In this document: piece after piece, positions 47,738 to 64,000 of the stretch
Numbering within the stretch: position 1 is the first letter of the stretch
Layout: each line of letters opens with the position of its first letter
Assembly: GCA_013265495.1 (NCBI GenBank)
Contig: MU058714.1
Coordinates: 1,674,001 to 1,738,000 of the forward strand
Origin: Vicugna vicugna
Lineage: Eukaryota
Direction of reading: 5' to 3'
DNA length: 64,000 nt
Translations under genes and position numbers: made by a program
The notes under the pieces: model-generated
The model's input: only the letters and a program-made list of their open reading frames with translations
Told to the model about the DNA's origin: nothing
Databases searched by the model: none

Positions 47738-49764
47738 CATCTCGATGCAATGCCACTGAGGCCCTGAGTCACGGCTCCTGGAAGAGAAAGAGCCAGAGGA
47801 GCAGGGGGCAGGAGTGACTAGCTCAGGGGGCTGGAAGAGCCTGGCGGTGCCAAGGCCCTGGGGCATGTTCCTGCCAACGGGGGAGGTGGAGGAACAGTGG
47901 AACAGAGGCCTGCAGCCCAGGCCCTGGGGACCACCCTTCAGGCTGGTCTGTAGGACCTTTGCTGGACACAGTGGGCAGCCACGGGTAGGTTTACTCCTGC
48001 CGGAAGGCTCTCAGTCCCCTGGTTGACTCTTCAGTGCTGGTGTCCTTGACATCAGGATGTGTGTCTGCAGGTGTCAAGGGCCTCCCTACTGAGAGAAAGA
48101 CAGCTCTTGGGAGGTCTTTGGGCATCTCTGTTCTGCCACAGCTCCATGGGGTGGTGGCCCTTCGGGGGCAACAGTTCCAACCCCGGCAGTCTCAAGCAGC
48201 TTCTGGATGGAGACTGCTGCAGGCTGCGTGTCCCATGAGCTGCAGGGAGTCTCTGGGCACTGGCTCCTTCCAGTCTCTTCTGGATAACCTCCTCCCTTGG
48301 GGTCACCCTAACCCTAACCCCTTCTGTCCAGTCACCTCCACCTGTCTGCAGTCCACAGAGGAGAAGACCGGGCGGTGCGTGGTCCCCTGTGTGCCAGCAT
48401 ACTTCCCATCAGGCATTGTGCCCAGGGAAAAGGAGGCCTTGGGACCATCACCTTCACAGAACCTGGAGGTCATGTGCCCCCTACCCAGAAATGCAGCTAC
48501 CAGGGTCCCTGTGCTGGTGTCTGTCCTGGGAAAGGCAGGTGACCAGGACGTTTGGAGAGCTCACTGAGGAAAGCCTGTGGCTGACATCACCTGCCGGGTG
48601 CCCTCCCTCTCAGGCCTGGGCTCAGCCTCCTGGGTGCCCCCCCTTGGCTGCTAGGTTCTAGGCAGCAGCTCCGTATTCTAGGGCCCTCTGTGTACAGTGT
48701 CCAGATCCAGGGTTAGCAAGGAGCCCTGTAGGCCAGCCCAGCAGGGAAGACCAGTCCTCACTGGAAGGTGGGCTGTGGTGGCTGCAGCGTCCCATTGGTG
48801 GCCCCCCAGCCCACCACCCCTCCCTGGAGTTCTGCCTTCCCTGGGAAATTTCCTCTTGTGTCAGGAAGTAGCAATGTGCCTGGGGCACCAACCCCTGAGC
48901 CCCACCTCTGGGCTTTTAGCACGCGTGTGGGGACATGCACTTCCCTGCAGGGAGGCCACAGCTTGCGGCAGGCCCCGCTTCCCTGTGGGGCTCTGGGGTG
49001 CTCCTCTCCACACTTTGCTGGGATCCAGCCTGGTCCTCCCAGGGCCTGATTGGTCCTCTTGAGCTGGACGGGCATCTGCCCTGCCGGGCCCTGCACACAT
49101 CTGGAGTCCAGCCCCCTGCAAGGTCCTCTCAGGGTCCCTTGAGCTCAGCTCTCCCTCCCACAAGGAGGCACAGGGTCACAGCACCCACCTTTGCAAACAT
49201 TCTCAACTCCCCTAACGCCCCCTCAGCCCGGCGAGCTATCCTGGCTGTCCTGCCACCGGCTCTAAGGACCAGACCAGTGGTAGAACCTCCGACAGGTGTG
49301 AAGTTGGCCACTGCCCCCAGGACTTCCCTGCCTTCTCTAGAAACTCTAGTCTCCTGTGGTCAGTTCCCCTTTAGGGTGCGATCTGCTCCTTTGTCCCCTG
49401 TCCCTTGGGCACAGTGCGGTCAGTGGTTCTCCAGCCTCATGAGAGCTGGGGACCCCTCGGGGTGACTCAGGGCTGGGGCACTGATTGTGGGGTTTCACCT
49501 CAGCACTGCTGCCCCTGCTCCCACTTAGGCTTGATTCAGGTTGGACTAAGGTCAGTAGGGGGAGCCTGGGGCCCCTCCCAGCAAGAGCAGGCAGGGTCCA
49601 AAAGGGGAGATGATGGGCGGGCTGGAGAGGATGGGGGCATCCCACCCCCACCGAGCCCTGGGCCCGTCTGCTGCGCCTCCAGGGCGCTAGCCCTGTGCGG
49701 CTTTTCCCTGGCTTCTCCCTCCGGGATGGGGATGGGGAGGCGTGGTGGCCCCAGCGCCCGCCTC

Positions 49765-49802
49765 CACGCCCCGCCCCGCCCCGCCCCTGCTGCAGATATA
49801 AG
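49765..49802 (+). promoter_or_regulatory. NPB core promoter: GC boxes and TATA box
   Basis: Tandem CCCCGCCCC repeats followed by TATAAG at 49797-49802, about 50 nt before the ATG. Confidence 0.65.
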
Positions 49803-49852
49803 GAGCCCGTGCGGCTGTTGCGCGCCCCGCTGCTCGCCGCCACTGAGTCCCC

Positions 49853-50311
49853 ATGGCCCGGCCTATGACGCTGGTGGTCGCTGCCCTGGCGCTGTGCCTG
49901 CTGCTGACGCCTGCGGGCCTTGCGTGGTACAAACAGGCAGCGGGGCTGGGCTACTATTCGGTGGGCCGCGCCGCTGGGCTGCTGTCCGGCCTCCGCAGGT
50001 CACCGTACGCACGGCGCTCCGAGCCCCCCCTGGGCACGAAACCCCCAGGCCAAGCCTTCACCTTCCGGGAGCTGCGCCCCAGGCTGCGGGGCCTCGTGAG
50101 TGCGGGGCACTGGAGGGTGCGGGGTGTGGGGGTGCAGGGCGCTGGAGTGCTGGGCGCCCCCTCATCCCCCTCCTGCCCCTAGACCGTGTGCGTCGAGGAC
50201 GTCACCCCGAACCTGCAGAGCTGCGAACGGCTGCCCGACGGCCGTGCCACCTTCCAGTGCGAGGCAGACGTCTTCTTGTCACTCCGCGCAGCCGACTGTC
50301 ACAGTGCCTGA
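49853..50311 (+). CDS. NPB: Neuropeptide B precursor, 123 aa, 2 exons
   Basis: Exons 49853-50095 and 50183-50311 (372 nt). Signal peptide, then [31 protein letters not shown] (NPB23/NPB29); C-terminal [38 protein letters not shown]. Confidence 0.96.
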
Positions 50312-50409
50312 GCCCTAACCTGGAAACCTGGATCTGGCCTGGCTCCCGCGGGCACCCCGGCCCCTGCCCCAGCAGGAGATGGTACCCAGTACCACCCACC
50401 TGTCCCCGC

Positions 50410-50415
50410 AGTAAA
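50410..50415 (+). terminator. Probable NPB poly(A) signal, variant AGTAAA
   Basis: The only hexamer-like signal I saw near the stop, about 100 nt downstream. Confidence 0.45.
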
Positions 50416-52267
50416 CAGCTTAATGAGTAGTGACGTGCAGCCTCTGAGAGGGGTGGGTGCCACGGGGAATGTGGGAGTGGACACGTACCCGAGTCTCCAG
50501 ACCCCATTCTGCCCACCTGGGAGCACAGACAGGCCCCTCAGGCCCGAGATGCTCCCCAAACCCTGCTGCTGGGAACCCCACTGTGACTGCTCTCCCGGTC
50601 TTGTCCCGCAGCTCCTGGGTCCTCCTGGGACACGTGCCTGTGTCCCTCAGGAGCTGTCAAATCTACTCAGCCAGCCCAAATGTCCTGCTTCATAGGAGCC
50701 TCCCCAGAACACCCCACACCAGGAGGCCCTCCTGCCCCCAGCCCTGGGTCTCTTGAGGCCAAAGACCTCCCTTACTAGAGGGGCAGCTCCTGGGCCACTC
50801 CTTTCCAGAGCCTTCCCAAACGCCGCAGCACAGCACCTGGCACCAGACAGTGAGACCCTGTGCCAAACGAATGCCAGGCTGGGTGCAGCAGGAGGGACTG
50901 ACAACTGTGCAGACAGCCCCGGCTTGCAGTCCAGAATCCGGTGTCAGGCAGACAGCACAGCCCCCAGCCTGGGAGCTCCTCCTTCACCCCTCCTCTGACC
51001 ACAGGGAAGCCAGTGTCCCCAAAGCCATGGGTGCTGCCCTGCCTAGAGGGCCCGTGCAGGGACATGGGTCCCCTGAGCGCAAAAGCCGTGTCCTGGGAGT
51101 GGCCTCCCCCGCCCCACACTCAGGCTAATTACCTCCTTTTCTCATCAAAGTTTTAGCAGGCTTTTGAATTCCCTTCAGAGCATGAACTGGGACCTGTGGG
51201 ACTGCTGGGTCCCAGCGGGAACAAACATGAAGTGGGGACCCGAGCGCTGGTCCCTTGCCTGAGTGCTGTGGGTGGGACCCAAAAGCCTGCTGCGCACGGG
51301 TGGTCGAGTATTCAGGGCGCCAACCTCCTGAACCCCCGGGCCTGGAGTCTCCTTCACCCATGGCCGAGCAGGGGCTTCCTGTCTGCTGCTGCAGGCAGTC
51401 CTCCAGGCCCGTCTTGGGGTGCCACGCAGTCTCGAGAGGAACCCACCGGCCACGCCTGTGTCCTTCCCGTACTAGGTCTACAGCTGGCAGGCTGATCCCT
51501 GCAGCCCAGGGTTCTGTGCATGGGAAGATCTGGCACCACCGGACTCCTAAAGCTGGGGGCCAGGTGGGGCGGGAATGAAGGGAAGGCCCGCCCCTGACCT
51601 GGGAGGAAAGGAAAGCAGGGTGGTCCCTGCCCAGCCCGTGTGTCTGAACCTTCACGCACAGCCACCTCACTTCAGTGTCCTGCAAGGGGTTCTCTATCAG
51701 ACTTTGGAAACTAAAAAGACAAGACAGGGTCAGTCACCTTCTGGAAAGAGTGAATGTTGGCCCAGGGTTCCCATGGCGCCAGGCCACAGGCCACTCCGGC
51801 CCCACTGGGCCCAGTTGCTGAAGGGCAGAAGCCACTCTGGACGGAACGGGGAGTAGGCTGACAGAGCACCACAACCCTTACTTTTAAACACCAGGAGATC
51901 AGACACACCACTGCCACCCTCCCCAGCACCCTGCCAAGAGGGGGCCAAAGCCCCCGACTTGGGTGCAGGAGACCCTGAGATGCTGTGGGCCCAGCTCAGG
52001 TGGCCTGCACACTGCAGGCGCCAGCCCTTCGCTTCTCCGTGGCAGACCCATGGCCGGGCGATTCTGCCCACTCTCACCTCCTTTCCTCTCCCGTAGCCTG
52101 CCATGTGGGAGGCAGCCCGAGGTGTCTGGGGGTGCAGATCTGGGGGTTCCTTGATGCCTCCTGCCCCCACCCTGCTGCATGGGCCCCGGGGAGCAGGGCC
52201 AAGGTGCTGGGTTCCCTGGTCCCACCCAGCAGGGCTGAGAGCCGGACGCGGAGCACCTCACAGCAGG

Positions 52268-52273
52268 TTTATT
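52268..52273 (-). terminator. PCYT2 polyadenylation signal AATAAA
   Basis: TTTATT on the + strand, about 620 nt past the PCYT2 stop. Confidence 0.8.
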
Positions 52274-52891
52274 CAGTTGCAGGCCAGCCAATCAGGTACA
52301 AAATCGAGAACAGTCTGTGACAGCAGCGAGGCTGGCCCGGCTAGCAATGGGCGTGGCGTCTGGGCGCCAGGCTCTGGGGCAGAAGGGACATGCCACGGGG
52401 CAGGGGCCGCCCATATGGGAGGGGGCACGCTCTGCACTCCGAGGAGGACGGGAGGGGCCCCCTGGGGCTCCCCCAGAGGCTGAGTGGGCAGGAATGCCGT
52501 GAGGAGTGGGGGGGGGCGGCTAGGGTCCGTAGGAGCTTCCAGGGGGCGGGACGGGGAAGCAGCTGTGGAGCCGGGCAGATGGAAGCTGGGCCTCCCTGGC
52601 ACGCAGGGTGGCACCCCTCTGGCCGAAGGTGCCCCTGCTCATCCTGCCTACCGGGCTGCTCCTGTGCCAGACACCCTCTCCGGCCGCTTAGCAGGAAGGG
52701 CACGAGGGCCTACAGGGAGACAGGCCCTGTGCAGGCAGGCCAGGAGGCAGCATCCTCCACATCAGCCCTTCCAAGGCCGAGTGGTCGGAGGAGAGGGCAT
52801 CGCAGCTTTGTTAAAAACTGAACCACGCTCTCGAGATGCGGCTGGGCGAGGGCCGGTGCTCGGGGGGCCCCTGGTGACCTCCTGCTTCCTG

Positions 52892-58995
<6,104 letters not shown>

Positions 58996-59416
58996 GGCCC
59001 CGTAGCGGCGGCGCTGCCCGACAGGATCCCGACTCCCCGCCGCCGCCACCGCCGCCCGCCCGCCCGCGCACGCAAGCGCCGTCACGCGGGCCTCACCCGC
59101 CGCGCGCGGCCAATGGCGAGCGCCGCCCCGCCCTGCGCGCGGAACCACGCCCCCTCACCCCCAACCTCGAGACCAATGGCAAGCCCCTCTGGGGCCGGGC
59201 CCCGCCTCCCCGCCCCCAACCAATGGAGCGCACCGCCCTACCCCTGGAGACCCCGCCCCTCGGCGCGCGGCCAATGGCGGGCGCGCACCATTGCTCCGCT
59301 CCCACCTGGGGAAGGGGCGGGACAGGACCACGTGTCGCGCGCCGGCCCCTCCAGGAATCTCGCTGGGCTTCCGCAAGGCAGTCACTCGGTGACGCAGGGA
59401 AGACAGTGCAGAGATG

Positions 59417-59422
59417 TTTAAT
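59417..59422 (-). terminator. SIRT7 polyadenylation signal ATTAAA
   Basis: TTTAAT on the + strand, about 460 nt past the SIRT7 stop, preceded by a U-rich stretch on the mRNA strand. Confidence 0.7.
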
Positions 59423-59877
59423 AACAATAAAAAGGTCTGCTTGAGAGCCAAGGCTCAAAACCACTCCTTTGCAGCATATTCAATACGGAAAAAGGCTTCT
59501 ATAAAGTTAAGAAGTAGTAGAAATAGGGTTGAGGCCCCTGAGACTAGCCTGGTGAACGAGGTAAGGCAGCGTGCGCTTCCCCTTGGCCAACCAGGTGTGA
59601 AATAACCCGAGTTCTGTTCTCACTGAGAGCATGGCTGCCACCTCTTCATGAAGAGGCTGCACGGGTGAGGTGTCCTCCACCCTCAGGCCCATGCGGGGGC
59701 AACCGCAGCAGTGCAAGGGGGCTTCCCACAAGGACAGACGGCTGGCTACACGTGTCAGGGTGAAAATGTCACCCCGAGAAATCTCAGGTGCAGTCCTAGC
59801 CTTCACGGTGCCACGTGCCCCTGAGTAAGTTCCGGCCATTTGCAAAGTGCCATCATTGTTCCAGGTCAAGCACCAGA

Positions 59878-62800
59878 TTACGTTGCTTTCTTCCTTTTTG
59901 TGCGCTTGGTGCAGCCCCTGCCAAACCAGCCGCCCAGGACAGGGGCGGAGCTCGGAGGGGTGCCTCGGTCACAGGCTCCAGGCTCCTCTCGGCTTCTGCA
60001 CAGCAACTTGCGACTGTGGCTGCCTTCCTCACCTGCACGCAGGGGAGTTGCCAGGGAGAAGATGGGGTCCTGCCACCTACAGAAATGGAAGGCTGGGTCA
60101 GGTGTGCCTGGGAGCCCCTCACAACCACACCCGCCCCAGGACGGGAAAGCTGACTGAGGTCACCCTGCTTCCCTCCCACATCTTAACCATGGCCAGGCTT
60201 TGCTCAGTGGCACTTCCGGATCATCCACGAGGGGTAAGCTCCCTGAGTGACTCAAAGGCCAGCACCCAGACTAGCTCAGCCTCTGCAGAACTCGGTGTCC
60301 TCGCTGGTGACTGAAGGGGCTGTGTCCACACAGGGTGGGGTGGCAGTAGCCCCAGGAGGGAGGAGTCACTAGCCAGCTCTGGGCCCCACCTTTCACTTGT
60401 ACGGCCAGGGGCAAGTGGACCAGACCCTCTCCCCGTTCCCAGACTGCAAGACTTGATGGGAGGGACGCTGACTAGGGAGGTGCGGCCTCGGCACTACGCC
60501 GTGAAGAGGTCATGTGTCTGACTGAGATGTAGAACCACATATTATAAACTTAAGATACAGGTAAGCACTGATCAAAAAAAAAATGAGCTAAGTTAATGTA
60601 AAATGAAAAAGAAAAAGGTACAGTACACAATAGGCCCACATTACAGAACACCACAAACATAACATACAAGAATTGCCAGGCCCAGAAGGTGAAGGGATCC
60701 TTAATTCTTGAACCCTTTGATTAAAAGAAGTTATTGATTTCCCCTATAAGACCCTGAAAATTCACAGAGAAAGAAAGTGTAAACTTTTTACTCAATACAC
60801 ACACCACGTCTAAATTATCACACATTCTGCATTAAGGCACAGTTTAAGCTTCCCCAAAGTACACCAGCTCCCACACCAAGAGCACCAAGTCCTGCTTGAA
60901 CTGAGTTGCCGAGAGCACGTCTCTTCAAGGCACCTTCCCACCCCAGCTGTCTGGGGTGAAGGGGGACATCCCGGCACACGCTGGCAGATTCCCTCTCCCA
61001 ACAGGGAGACACACCAACTAGGGCACCTAGGCCAATACTGGGCCAGTCCCTGCTGAGGCCACCATGCTGCAGTCACGCCTCAGACGCCATCTGCGACAAC
61101 CCAGAGCTTTCTCGACGCTCAGCTCACAAAGGATGACAGACATGGCCCAAGCGCCTGGGGCGGGAGGGGTGCGCCCACGCCCTCACCTGCTGTAGTGGGG
61201 GATGTCCAGACCGAGCTCGTCCATGAGGAGCCGCATGACGTCATCACACTTTCCGTGCAGCTTCAGGGCAGCCCAGTCATCCTTCGGGGTCCACTGGGGA
61301 CAGAAGGCGAGTGAGGACAGAACCTCACAGCCTCTGCTCAGCAAACCTCCGTGGCGCCTGAGTGTGGGACATAAACGTCCCAGGAACGTCAGGCTCTCCT
61401 GTTCTAAGGCCCAGGTCTAAGGAGGCAGCTCTGAGCACCCGAGTTACCTGCAAGTTCACGATGTAGAGCTTGGGCCGCCGGCTGGGGGGCTTGGTCATGC
61501 ACCAGAGGTGGGGATACTTCTTTAGAACCTGGGGAATGGATAGACAGACAGACCACACAGACACCAGGGAACAAGGCTATAGGAAGCTGGTGTCTAAGGC
61601 TGAGCTGGCCAGCTGTGGGCAGGCTCACCCCATCCCACATGTACCTTTAAGCTGGAGCCTAAACACAGGATTGTGTCTGCTTTGCTGGCAGCCTGGGTGG
61701 CTGCCTCCCAGTTCAGAGGTTGCCCCAGCGTCCCCCTCTCCCCAAAGTGCACGATGGTGTCACGGAGCTGGGCCCCGCACTTGTGGCAGGTTCGGCCTGT
61801 CTGGTGGCGGTGCAAGGCGGTGCGCTCCGTCACATCAAACACCCGCACGTACTCCCTGTTAGGTGTGCAGGCCGTGCAGACCTGAGGAGAGGAGGGCGGG
61901 TGAGCGGGAGCCGCTGGCCTGCCCGGGTCCCTGAGCCCCCGCGGGACCGCTCACTTCAATGTACATGTTCCCGTGGAGCTCCGACATTGCCGAGCGCGGC
62001 AGCCCGCTCCGCAGGTGGAGCCCGTCGCAGTTCTGTGACACCACGTGCTGCACCTGGAAGGGAAGTGGGGCGGGAGGAAGTCAGCAGGAGTTGGGGGGAA
62101 AGCAGCACTGTGGAGGGAAGCCACACTGGGCTCAGCCAGACCCACCACCCCCGCACCTGGGGCAACTCCAACCCTGTGCAAACCATTGAGGGCAAACCCA
62201 GAGCAGAAGGCTGGCCCAGCAGGACTCAGGAGGTGCCAACAACTCAGACACCTGGAGCCCTGGGAGGGCAAGTGTCTGCATGGCCACCCCTCGGCTGGGA
62301 AGGGGTTTATGTTTCAGGTCCTTAAAGGCCCAGGAGGATCGACCCCTTCCCCACAGGAGGTGCTTAGCAGAGGGTCTCCAGAGGTTTCCTCCTTGCCTCC
62401 CCTGTACCTAGGGGGCTCCTGAGGTCTGTGGGAACAATGTGGATAGGGTGGGGGGGCCCTATCCGTGATGATGCTGCAGAGAGGCTGCCACTTCTCTTGG
62501 AGAGGAAGCATGGGAGGATAAGGAGGAGGCTCAAACCAGGAGTCTAAACTACTCTGGGTATTCATCACAGGCTCCATTGGCCGACAGAGGTAGGATGCAG
62601 GGGTCACCTGGGCACCAAGGGGGCACCATGAGTCGGCACCATGGACTCACTGAGTACAACTGGACCTTGGTATCTGGAGGTTCCACACCCTTGGATTCAA
62701 CCAACAAAGAATCAAAAATATTCTGGGGGGAAAATCCAGAGAGTTCCAAAAAGCAAAACTGATTTGCCACACGCTGGCAGCCATCTGCACAGCCCTTACG

Positions 62801-63242
62801 TTGTACGGACAGCGGTTTATGCAGCATTTACACTGTGTTCATTAGGTATCAAGAGTGACCTAGAAATGATTTAAAGAATGTGAGTAGGTTATATGCAAAC
62901 ACTATGCCATCTCAGACAAGAGCCTGGAGCATCCTCAGATTCTGGTACCCAAGACGATACAGAAAGGGAACTGACAGCAGCTAGCCACCCTGCGCTCTTA
63001 CCAGCTTCTGCTCATGTAGGCGGGCGATGCTCATGTGGGTGAGAGTTGGCTCAGCCTCACTGAGGTCGCCAGCACTGCCGGGTGGAAAGGAAGCCAAGGT
63101 GAGGGGAGCCAGAGGTCAGGTCTGTGCCGCTCCTGCTCAGCTAGATGGGGAGGCTGGGCCAGGCTGCTTACCTAACACTTCTTCCTTTCTGAAGCAGTGT
63201 CCATACGCCATTAGGGCCCCGGTAATCTGGGATGGAGGCTGC
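59878..63242 (-). CDS. SIRT7: NAD-dependent deacylase sirtuin-7, partial (exons 4-10; exons 1-3 lie right of the window)
   Basis: Exons 63242-63172, 63074-63002, 62053-61955, 61881-61645, 61528-61448, 61293-61187, 60076-59878, all GT-AG. Motifs [14 protein letters not shown], catalytic ELHGN, Zn ligands [15 protein letters not shown], basic tail KRTKRKKAT*. Confidence 0.97.
62657..62973. mobile_element. TcMar-Tigger non-autonomous DNA transposon (Tigger3a/MER2-like) in SIRT7 intron 5
   Basis: TA followed by a CAACTG..GGTATC terminal repeat; internal GGATTCAACCAAC..AAAATATTC, GTTCCAAAAAGCAAAACT, TAGGTTATATGCAAACACTATGCCAT; ends GATACAGAAAGGGAACTG. Confidence 0.8.
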
Positions 63243-64000
63243 CTGCGTGATCAGAGAGAGAAGCGCAGTGAAAAGGCATCACAATAGGTACTGGCAGAAT
63301 TCCCAAGACTTTCTCCCAGCACGTTCAAGCCTGGCCCACAGACCGGCCTCAATTCAACCCACATGGAGTGTACCCCTGGGGCTCCTTCTCTCTGCCCGGA
63401 CCCCGCCCGCCGTGGGAGCCTTTCTAGCATGGAGTTCAACCTGGGCTCTGTGGCCACATCTGTCCTCTACACTGAGGGGGAGGACTTGTCGGGCTCATCT
63501 GTGTGTCCCCAGGGCCCAGCCGGCACTCAGGGGCTAGCAAACAGTGAGCCCACAGGCACTCCTCCCTCCAAGTTTTTACATCCTGATGCTGTGAGTGGCT
63601 CCTGTCCTCGTAAAGATAGGCCATCCTTTTCAGATGAGTAAACATTACTGAATTTCCCAAGTACCCAATCCAGGGAAACCAAGCCACCCCGAGAGAAGAA
63701 AACAAAAAGGTGCCAGGATCAAGTTGTCTTGTGTTCCCGATGTTGTGCACAACCTCCCTTCTGGGGAGCTCTCACCTGCTGCTTAAACTCAGAAAAATGC
63801 CCACCCTGAACAGTGGTTCTGACTCACATCGAAAAGGGGAACCTCAAACAGTAACACTCAGAGCAAAGTAACGAGCAGCATGTGGTTTTAATAACCACTT
63901 ACAGTTCTTTGAAAGGCATTATTACTGCTTTTATACAATTTCATGATGGGAATGCACATGTGCCTGTAAGTTAAAGCAATAAACATACCTTACACGTTCT

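Noticed and set aside
49405-50430. 341-aa + strand ORF overlapping NPB
   Set aside because: An alternative frame over a CpG island with no recognisable homology; the NPB frame explains the splice sites and peptide.

Overview
Mammalian genomic DNA, GC-rich and gene-dense, matching the conserved cluster syntenic with human 17q25.3. Gene order: MCRIP1 (5' end only, -), PPP1R27 (-), P4HB (-), ARHGDIA (-), ALYREF (-) head-to-head with ANAPC11 (+), NPB (+) convergent with PCYT2 (-), and the 3' part of SIRT7 (-, exons 4-10). I rebuilt each coding sequence exon by exon from GT-AG junctions; every complete CDS gives an intact frame. Two tRNA-Ala-derived SINEs of the type I recall from camelids suggest a camel, llama or alpaca genome. 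Three N gaps suggest a short-read assembly. The 29-37 kb interval is mostly old repeats (L1, MaLR/ERVL LTRs). I found no new protein-coding gene and no wholly new biological system. The long ORFs in the track are either exon fragments or GC-rich artefacts. The best leads concern RNA processing: (1) a U12-type intron in PCYT2 whose length is a multiple of 3 and whose only in-frame stop lies in the branch site; (2) a near-perfect U1 donor overlapping the ARHGDIA start codon; (3) an unexplained ~95-bp hairpin-containing duplicate shared by ALYREF intron 2 and an intergenic site; (4) a candidate NMD-coupled alternative donor in ALYREF; (5) a phase-compatible SIRT7-to-PCYT2 read-through junction; (6) substitutions in the PDI b' domain, including Cys312Ser. 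Comparisons with human or bovine sequences are from memory and need checking by alignment.
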